From contig JAUCBJ010004091.1 in the NCBI GenBank assembly GCA_032718475.1, positions 7,778 to 71,777 on the forward strand: DNA of 64,000 nucleotides, written 5' to 3'. The notes under the pieces are model-generated. The model did not search any database. It had not been told where the DNA came from and was given only the letters and a program-made list of their open reading frames with translations. Below, one piece after another: positions 51,626 through 61,390 of the stretch; within the stretch, counting starts at the first letter, position 1; every line of letters begins with the position of its first letter. Origin of the DNA: Nemertoderma westbladi. Its lineage: Eukaryota; Animalia; Xenacoelomorpha. The position numbers and the translations under genes are program-made.

Positions 51626-51653
51626 CCTGCAGTATGTCTATTTTCTATTTTAG

Positions 51654-51947
51654 GAGGGGTTTGACCTCGCCAAGAATATAGTGGGGGGATCCAAACTGCT
51701 GCCTGGGTGTAATTTAATAGACCTACCGACCCCGTCATCCAATCGCGGGCTATGCTTCAAGGATATTCACACTGTAGTTGATACTGAGGTAAAGTTCACA
51801 GAAGATATCGCGGCGGAACAAGGTGTGGTAGCTGTAATGCTTCCGGGATGTCCAAAGGCATTGGATATAGCCCAGCAGGCTATGGACGACTTCCAGCTGA
51901 TTGGTATTACCGGGGCGACTACATTCTATAATCAGTCAGCTGATCGG
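51654..51947 (+). CDS. Exon encoding an ANF-receptor-family ligand-binding domain (receptor guanylyl cyclase or class C GPCR-like)
   Basis: ttttctattttag|GAG...CGG|gtaagt, 294 nt, phase 0/0; GFDLAKNIV..LLPG and VVAVMLPGCPKA..QLIGITGA resemble the AxxLA..LLPG and AxxGPxC..PxITxGA motifs of this domain. Confidence 0.7.
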
Positions 51948-52865
51948 GTAAGTTTCTCAAACTTCTAATATTTTGTAACATAATTTTGTTCTATTGACTA
52001 AGATGACACATAGTATTGGGATTTAGTATAAGCATTATTACGGTCAGCTATTATAGGTTAGTGAACTGCTTTTGCCTCCTGCTAGGAGTTCGAGGTTGCC
52101 GGCTAGTTTCGTAACCTGGCCCTCGCCCAAAGATTAGGGAATAAATAAAAAAGTGTTGGATAGTTGTGCAGTGTTCAACCATGGAAGTTAAAGGGGCGCC
52201 GTCCCTGTCGTACAGCTAACTCCAAGAAGCATCGGGTTTCCTGTGTTTACATCCACTGTAATCTATTTTTCGTGCCTCCGTAGGGAAACATACAAAAATA
52301 CACTCCGTCATGATTCTGATTTAAAAATGCAATAATCACTACACAATTATTCCCGTTTTCCCCCTTTCCCACAGTAATATTTCATTCCATCAATATCCAA
52401 TATTACAGCATAATATTTCCATCCAAGGCACCATTAATCGCCCTCACCCACATTTCCAACCAATATTGCCGGCTACTCCCCTACAAATTACTGCTATCCA
52501 ATAAAGGAGGTCCCTGTACGTACAACCTCCCTCCTTTCTCTCATTGGCCCCTCAGTACGCCAACCTTCACACACCTATTAATCTCACCCAGTTATTAACA
52601 AAGGAATAATTGATAACCGGCAAACTCTATTGCCATTCATCCATCAGTAATCGGTTATTGGTCAGTCTAACAACCACGTATTAATTATATTTTATATGGG
52701 TTGAACGTAAAAACTCTGCACAAGAAAGACAAACTGTGTTTAGGTGATAATTAGGGGTCAACTTCATATTGACCCCACACCGGGATTAAAAGGGGCCACA
52801 TTCGGATGGAAAAGTCAGTCCCAAAAACCAGCCTTCATAGTTGGCCGCCTCGTCAGCTAAACTAA

Positions 52866-53212
52866 GCTCTGCTCCAAGCTATTGGACTTCTTTCTTACCA
52901 GGCCGGCCTTAGCAGGTTCTCGGTAGTTGGGAAGCTAAGTCGTTACCGCCAAGGACTGAGCTTTGGCTGACTAGCCTTTTAAAGTGAGCTCTGCTCCAAG
53001 GTATTGTGGACTTCTTTCTTACCAGGCCATCCTTAGCAGGTTCTCGGTAGTTGGGAAGCTAAGTCGTTACCGCAAAGGACTGAGCTTTGGCTGACTAGCC
53101 TTTTAAAGTGAGCTCTGCTCCAAGGTATTGGACTTCTTTCTTACCAGGCCTGCCTTAATGGGTTCGCGGTAGTTGGGAAGGTAAGTCGTTACCGCCGAGG
53201 ACTGAGCTCTAA
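52866..53212 (+). repeat. Three tandem copies of a ~123-bp unit
   Basis: GCTCTGCTCCAAG.TATT..GGACTTCTTTCTTACCAGGCC recurs near 52867, 52988 and 53112. Confidence 0.9.
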
Positions 53213-53514
53213 CTAACCCCAGAGCGCTCGCGCACTCTGTCCACTGGCTACTTAGTTCGTCACATGACCGAGTATTTGGTTTTGGGGGCAAAGTATCAGT
53301 GTCCATATAGGCTTCGACTCTTGTCAGTTACGGTGGTGCTTGTGCACTCTGTCCGCTGGCTATACAGTTCATCCCAGGCTCACCAGGATCGACGGTATAG
53401 TTTTGAGGGCAAAGTAACAGCTAACCGTTTGCGACCAATCGGTCCCACCCCTGTTTGGGCTCAGACGGTAACCTGGTGTTCTGCAGTATCGCCAAGTTCC
53501 AATAGCGTGAAGCT

Positions 53515-55640
53515 GCACCAAGCTGCGGTACCCCGAAAACGCAGGAACATCGACTGGATGAGCTGTGCATCAATTCGCTCGAAGATGACGTTATGGAATT
53601 CGGGGGCGTGGTCGAAAAAGTCCAGTAGAGTCGAATTATCGGCCGGAGTAGGGGCCGGGTGTTTATCCAGCAGAAACTCACGAACTGATTTCTTGACCCC
53701 GTGTTTATCACTCGTAATCTCGTCGAGGTTTAATATCTGTCCCTTGGCCATCTCATCAAGTGATCGCACTGCTGCGAAATATTTCCCGTCAACATGTGCT
53801 TGCAAAAAGCTCTCTCCGCGGCGACATTCCGAAGCTGTTTTGCTCGGCCAGATAATTTCGGCAAGTGGGATTGAATCGCGCTGGCCTCCTTAAACAGCTC
53901 GCCGAATTCCCCCACTTTCCACGATGCGAGTCGCCGTTCCAGTATTCGCCGATGGGTGGAGGTGGTTGAGGATCGACTCGGCTTCTGTAGCAACAGAGCG
54001 GGTAGAATCATTTGCACTGTAATCGCTGCGTCCACTGAAGGTGGAAGGCGAGCCAACATTGAAGATATGTAGGAGTAGGGCCATCTCCTGGACGACCTCT
54101 CTTCCGACAGTGCCGAGGGGTAGGAGGAATAAATTGGGACGCCAATGTACTATCGCCTCGTGGACTCTGTGGATGGTCTGTGTAAACTGTTCGAGTTGAA
54201 AGTTAAACCCATACCAGGTTATTGATGTTGGTCTGTGTCCCGTGGAGACACCAGTTGGTGGTGCCCCGGATTGTGTTACACCGGACTGTGGTGCCCCGGA
54301 ATGTGGTGCCCCCGTGAGTGGTGCCCCCGTCTGTGGTGACCCCTTCTGTGGTGACCCCGTCTGTGGTGATCCCGCGTGTGGTGCCCCCGTCTGTGGTGCC
54401 TCCGGCTGTGGTGACCCCGCCTGTGGAGCCCCCGTCTGTGGTGCCTCTGGCTGTGGTGACCCCGCCTGTGGAGCCCCCGTCTGTGGTGCCCCCGTGAGTG
54501 GTGCCCCTGGCTGTGGTGCCCCCGGCTGTGGTGCCCCCGGCTGTGGTGCTCCCGGCTGTGGTGCCCTCTTCGGTGGTGACCCCGTGTGTGGTGCCCCTGT
54601 CTGTGGTGACTCCGTCTCTGGTGACCCCGTGTGTGTTGCTACCGTCTCTGGTGACCCATCTGTGGTGCCTCTGGCTGTGGTGACCCCGGCTATGGTGCCC
54701 CCAACTGTGGAGCCCCGGACTGTGGTAACCCCGCCTGTGTTTCCCCAGGCTTTGGTGCCCCCGTTTGTGGTGCTCCGGGCTGTGGAGACCCGGGCTGTGG
54801 TGACCCCGTCTGTGGCGCCCCCGGCTGTGGTGACCCCGTGTGTGGTGCCCCCACCTGTGGTGCTTCTGGGTGTTGTGACCCCGTCTGTGGTGCCCCTGGC
54901 TGTGGTGCCCCCAACTGTGGTACCCCGGACTGTGGTGACCCTGTCTGTGGCACCCCCGGCTGTGGTGACCCCGTGTGTGGTGCCCCCACCTGTGGTGCCT
55001 CTGGGTGTCGTGACCCTGTCTGTGGTGCCCCTGGCTGGGGTGCCCCCAACTGTGTTACCCCGGACTGTGGTGCCCCGGACTGTGGTGACCCTGACTGTGG
55101 TGTCCCCGACTGTGGGACCCCAAACTGTGGTACCCCAGGCTGTGGTGACCCCGACTGTGGTGTCCCCTGTGGTGCCGCAGCAGAGATTGTCTCGGGACTG
55201 CGAAATCTTGAGAGGATAGCATTGGCCCTCTCTCGCGCTGCGCCCGGAGACCAAACTGAAGAGTTCCGCGTTTCTGACGGACTGGCGGTAAGCGGAGACA
55301 CATTGGCGATCGGAGGTCCGCCCAATAAAGTTTCGTCAGCTAGACTTTCTGATGCGACTGGGTTAACCGGCTGAGAGGCTGACCTCGGGGAAAAAGTGGA
55401 TTCATTGTGGCGATCCGGTAAAGGTTGAGAGTAAGGATGCCGTCGGTTCTCACAATTACCGTTTCTTCCTGGGGCACACGATATGCAGCGCACGTCATTC
55501 CTGACGCATACACATTTTTTGCAGCGCCCGGACTTTCCGTTGCAGCCGCAGCAAGCAGCCATCCTAACGCCGGCAAAAGCGACGCGTGAACTCGGAATCA
55601 ACAATAGGGTGCCACGCAGTCTGGCAGTTATCAATAGGGT
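53515..55640 (-). mobile_element. 5' portion of another CRE-like element (RT and RLE lost)
   Basis: VHEAIVHWRPNLF..LPALLLQKP..LERRLASWKVG..VREFLLDKHP..FHNVIFERID is collinear with the element at 1-3693; frameshifts; ATG at 55562 opens a Cys cluster. Confidence 0.85.
54255..55178 (-). repeat. 15-bp coding VNTR, (G-[AS]-P-[QH]-x)n
   Basis: About 60 diverged copies of TGTGGTG(C/A)CCCCG(G/T)C inside the CRE-like ORF. Confidence 0.9.
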
Positions 55641-55684
55641 GTACTTACTGGTACGGCACTACAGTTAGCAGCGGTTACTGTACT

Positions 55685-55806
55685 GCAGTGTTATTAATAG
55701 TAGTATTAATATTTGTTAGCAGTGTTATTAATAGTAGTATAATTATTCGTTAGCAGTGTTATTAATAGTAGTGTTATTATTTATTAGCAGTGTTATTAAT
55801 AGTAGT
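55685..55806 (+). repeat. Short tandem repeat, ~33-bp unit, 4 copies
   Basis: GCAGTGTTATTAATAGTAGT recurs four times next to the CRE 5' end. Confidence 0.85.
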
Positions 55807-57002
55807 AATTAAATGCTTGAGTTAATACAATTATTTTATTCTTTAATTGTCAAGCTGAAGTAAAAAACCTTACCGGTAGGTATGCCAGTACAGTACGATA
55901 CAAATACTAAAATAAAAAAACAACTGACCATTAGACGTTGCATGCAATCAGTAATCAGCTGACGGCTGTCAGCTGATCAGTAGGTTTCGCCCCAATGGGG
56001 GCTTTCTCAAGTAGCTAGTCGTCACCTTCAAGGCAGAAAGAACCCCCTAAGTCGATTTTTGCAGTTCTGAGATAATCGATAAAAACTGTTTATTTTTTAA
56101 AGAGATGCCTCAATGTACTTGTTATTGTGTTTTTTGACAACTAAATATATATAGAATTCATATAACTAAACTTTCAATTTGATTTAGAATCACCATAGAA
56201 ATATATTGCGGGTTTTGTGTAAAAATTCTGACTTATGGTGTTTTGCCAAAATAAGTAGGTACCCTAATTTATGGCATTATCCCGTAACTATACGATAGTT
56301 GCGGGATATTGCCTACAAAATACACCCCAAGTCAGAATTTTTACACAAGACCCGCAAAATATATCAATCACTATTATTTTACTAACAAAGGGTCTGTGAA
56401 CCTGTGAGGGGTCTAGTCCTGGAGGGAGTGGCAATTATTTGGAAATTATTGGAAATCTTTGGAAATTGTAAAATAGACGTCAGAAGTCAAACTGAAATTA
56501 TAAAATATTAGGTGAGAGTGACAGGGAGTGGAGGGTGGGGGGGGGGGGGGGGGGGGGTTGGGTACGGTACTTGTTGACTCAAATCTCTCCTCAGGGTATT
56601 AATATCTCCGTCGCAATGTTCAATTAACATAAGGGAAATGAGCAGGAAGATACAAATGGCACGTTATTCTAACCAAAACAATAAACAAAAGTTTCAAGGA
56701 ACAAGTTTCAAAAGGAACAGGTTACAGTTTTATTTCTACTAAATATCAGCTGTAGTACTCAAGAAATCATATTTATAATAAATTTTAAAATAAAGTTTTA
56801 CAAAATGAAAAGGATTAAAGGATTGCACTTCATTTTATTAGGCTATTAATATTACTATGTTAATTATAGTTCCAGTTTCTGTTTTAACGATGAGAGTAGT
56901 TTCAGTTTTGATATTTTTTTTTACCAATATGAATAGTTTCAGTTTAGTAGTTAACAATAATCTAGAGTCTAGATACCATAATGATAGTTATTGAGATTCT
57001 TG

Positions 57003-57998
57003 CTATTCATCATCCTCATCTATGTACAGTGTCTTTAGCCTTATCCGAACTGGATAAATTGTTGTAGAATATAAACGCTCCTGGGCCAAGAACACCAGAG
57101 TCACATATTGACAATAAATCAGCTTTCTTAGCTGTTGATATTGGGAGTCTATCCGTGGAAGATTTCCCACTGTGAATGTCGGAATGTCGGCCACAACTCT
57201 TCTTTGAGGTTCCACCACGCCTATTGGCAGCGTCCTCTTGGATGTTCTTGAAGTGCTAGGCGGATTTAGTCGACGGCGTCCTAAATAATTGATAGAGAGA
57301 AACTCAGTATCATCACCCAGGTTATATTTGTACTGTAAGATTCCTGGCTTTGATTTCTCAAATCGCAAACATTTAGTTTGCGTAATTTTGAATGGCCGAT
57401 TGATATCATCTACTTTCCTATTAACAATGGTCTAGCCACAACTTTGGCATCAATGAAACTTCTGTAGACATTTGTTTAATATTATAAGGGCGTGATCGTC
57501 TTGCACCTGTAATAATATTTACCCATCCCTCTGGCTCTGGTACATCAACACGTTGATATTTTTTAGCAAACTCAATGCAACTATGCATTGAGTCACCTTC
57601 CATATACGTATGTCCTGACTCTAAGTATTTCAGATATATGTGGGTATAATTTGTAGGTGTGTCGCCTGAACTACTCCACATCATAAAGCCAATTAGATGC
57701 TGGTTGCGGTTTTGCCCACCGCAAGTATCTGAAAAGGAGCTCAAATGAGTAACTTCCAATGGAAGGCGACTTATGTAGCTCCACAGACATGAAATTATCC
57801 TCTCTGGGCAATGGTTTCATCCCATAAGTAGCAATAACCCTCATGTATTCCACATGTCAGATGCTGCTCATATATACAAAAATTAAGCACATTTAGTTTC
57901 CTCTTATAGAAAAGAGAAGATACCTGGCTGCAAGGGGTATAGAGAACGCTTTGTAAATCGAAGTTAATATTTCGAAATGATGGATCTACTGCTGCTCG
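57003..57998 (-). pseudogene. Sola-like DNA transposase remnant, cut by BEL element 2
   Basis: FDLQSVLYTP, FYKRKLNVLNF, FSDTCGGQNRN, LESGHTYMEGDSMHSCIE motifs across frameshifts. Confidence 0.75.
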
Positions 57999-59243
57999 TG
58001 TAAAAGCTTTTGTGGGATAACTGATACGTTTGCCTTTGCTGGCCAGTTCCCCCCCAGGCGCTGGAATACTCTAAAAAGGTTTTCTAACTGTATATATATT
58101 CCCCTCGCCCGCAAGGTACCTTTACAGGTGTTTTAACGGACATAAAAATCATTCTGCTATATACGTGTTTTGGCGGACATGGTAAGGCAAAAAACCTGTA
58201 ATGCACCAACTACCTTTCACAGCTTAGCCGTGATGATTCATATTACGACATCTAACAGCTGGTTGCTGACATGGAAACAGCCATTGGATGCATGGTTCTT
58301 TGTTTGGCTTGAGCCAATCAGAGCGATTTTTCCTGTCGACGTGTAGCTTTTCAGTCGATCATAAGGAGAGTGTTCAGTCTTACTGTTTTTACTTGATACT
58401 TTGTTGTTATTGCTGTCTAAGCCAGAAACACCGGCCTTTTGGTAAGAACTATAGAAAACTGCTTGAATTATCGAAAGTATAAACTGTTACCTCACCTTGA
58501 TACTTTAATTGAAAGACAGCATTAACTCACTTAATTTAATTGCATTAATCATATTGTTTGTACTGTTATTTTACCGTCAGTTATTAATTGTACCTATTTG
58601 TTGATGGAAATATTGCTCTTTGGATAATACGGATAAATCACCCAAATTCCCAATTTTCTTGATACACTACAGGTTAGAGAGACCGGCTATACATAACAAT
58701 TGCGATTTATATTAATGTGGTGTGTATTGAATCCAATGTTATTTAGCAGACCCTACGTGAGTCAATTACTGCTCTCTTTATGTGTGATCAAATATACTGA
58801 CTGTCGGCAGAATAGTGTGTATGATTGTGATTGGTAACAAAGTATTTCCTAAAGAATACGCTTTATACTTTAATCATAAGCAGTATCGTTGCGTTTAGTA
58901 TAAGTCTTAGTTCTGTTTAAATAGATAAAGCGCCACGTCCTAAAGGAACTGTTAATATTTCCCGAAAGCCAATAATATCTGTCAGAGATTAATTATTAAC
59001 GATCTATCGAATAATACATTAGGTATACACTGCAACCTTACACTGTAATAATACAATTCAAGCATCCGAATTCAGTCTCCCGGGTGTAGATCCATCGGGT
59101 GAATGATCGCGCATGGGCTGACTTCGGCTAGTGTTTTGCGTATTAGCATAAATTATTGTCGTATGCTAAAGTGGTTTTAATTAACTAAAAGACATATAAA
59201 TTTTGGCAGGTTAAACTGCTAAAGGTCTTCAAAAGCGCGAACA
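57999..59243 (+). repeat. 5' LTR of BEL element 2 (1245 bp)
   Basis: Starts TGTAAAAGCTTTTG and ends AAAGCGCGAACA, matching the termini of the element 1 LTRs. Confidence 0.88.
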
Positions 59244-61390
59244 GTAACAGTTTATAATCTTATTGCAGTAGGCAATAAGGTTGCAAGTGTAGGCATTAAA
59301 TACAGTTTAATACTGTTCTGACGAACAGTAACAGTTTAAAATCTTATTGCAGTAGGCAATAAGGTTGCAAAATACCGTAGTGACTGGTAAAATTGAACCG
59401 GTACTTTGTAGGTCAGTAGGCCTAACTGTCATCACCGGTACCGGTACTGCTGTACAAGTACATTTAGTATTATTCGATTTTGATTATTGTATACCGGTAG
59501 GCTGTTTAAGAGATTAGGGACTGTACACCCCTTGTTTCTTTTGGAGCTTACTTATTTCTGTCAGTTTTATTTCCTAGTAAGTTAATATTGAGCTGAAGAC
59601 GTGTAAGTCTGCTCAGATTGTTCAGATAATTGTAGGCTGAGCTGCTGTCTGACTGTTGTTGAGTTTGGAGAGATTACGGCGTGTGTAGAGTTTGTCTGAT
59701 AAAGTGCCGTTAGTAAGTTGGGGCAGCCATATGCGGTAAGGTCAATCCCCTCTTAAAGAGTAAGTCGTACTACCGTGTTAGAACGCATACTAACTAACAG
59801 TTTCAGAGTCTGCATATACTGTAGTTTATCTAGGCTTGATCGTAGTCTGCCAGTGTTTTAGCCTGTGTTTGTTTGTGTGGTCTGTTCAGGTACCGTAATA
59901 GTTATTACTCAAATATTTGTAGGCTGGATTGTTGTCTAGCTATTTTTAGGTCTGAAGGGATTGCTGCGTGTGTAGAGTTGGTCTGATCAAGTGCCGTTAG
60001 TAAGTTGGGGCAGCCATAAGCGGTAAGGTCATTCCCCTCTTAAAGAGTAAGTCGTACTACCGTGTTAGAACGCATACTAACTAACAGTTTCAGAATCTGC
60101 ACATACTGTAGTTTGTTTAGGCTTGATAGTAGTCTGCCAGCGTTTTGGTTTGTATTTGTTTGAGTATTCTGTACGGGTAGCGTAATATTTATTATTCAGA
60201 GTTTATGCGATTATTCGCAACATTCATGTCCCCAAGTTTATTCCTACAGTAATTGTGCTTGTTATACATACCGTTATAGTTAAACTAACCCCGGTACTAC
60301 ATCAGGGCTGCTTGGCGTAGGTAAAGACTGACGACTTTGTGCTTCGGTCACTCCAGCAGATGCCGTGGTTCTTTTAACTGTTCAAGTATATTTAACTACT
60401 GATTATTTGTTATACCGGTACTTGTACCTAATTTAGGGTTTAGTGTACAGTGCTATCCGAAGTAATTGGTGTAGGCAGTATATTTGTGTTGTAAAGTGGT
60501 TGATAGGCACATTCGTTAGCTCTATTAGCTTCCGGATAGGAACAATCCGTGATACATAACGTAGTACCTATAGCGATACGGTTATAGGTCGTCAGGCGGT
60601 GGTATTTTCCTATCTGGACAGTACAATATATTTACTACTACTTATTATTTAAATACCGTAGTACCCTGTCCTTTGTAATAGCCAGAAATCTAACCCTTTG
60701 TTGGACTGGTTTGTAGACTTCCTGTAAAATTACCCTAAAAATTTCGTGCGTAATATTTTGTTGTGTTTAATTAGAGAATTAATCTCACCCGTATCGTAAG
60801 TAATTCGTAGTATTAAGTAACTTAGGTAAATTAGAATTATCAGTTTTAGTGTCAAATAAATAGCACTTCACTTAGAGGCGTTCAGCTTCTGTGTAGTGAC
60901 TCCCCCAGAAATAATAACATTTATTTCAAATATTGACAAAAACCCATTTAAACGGGTATATAAATATTATAAATCAACTCAAACGATTTATAAATAGTAG
61001 GCCTGCCCTACGACAACTAGGTCTCGCTATCAGTTGGACTACTGCTTAAATAACGGTAATAAAGTAAGTTAAAGTAACTAAGTAACCCTAATATATTCAG
61101 GAATTCAATTATTCTAAAAATAATTGACATACCGGTACTTACCATAGGCTTATTATATTTATTTCTATAAATATATTTGTGCTAAAATTCTACCGGTACT
61201 CTGTGACAAATCTAGTCTGTAATAATACTTATATATTATAAGCATACCGGTATTCTAATATATTGTGTATATATCACGTTACACTGAGTAACGGTACCGG
61301 TAATAAATCGCTAGGCTTGCGGTCATACTGAATTACTAGACTTGCTTTAACTGAAACTATAGTAGTAGACATTCAACTGTATAACTAAAC

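Noticed and set aside
54242-55374. Cys-rich keratin-associated or metallothionein-like plus-strand ORFs
   Set aside because: Antisense reading of the 15-bp VNTR within the CRE-like ORF.
59318-59345. Hammerhead ribozyme suggested by CTGACGA in the BEL leader
   Set aside because: No GAAA core after a stem II, and the motif is not conserved in element 1.
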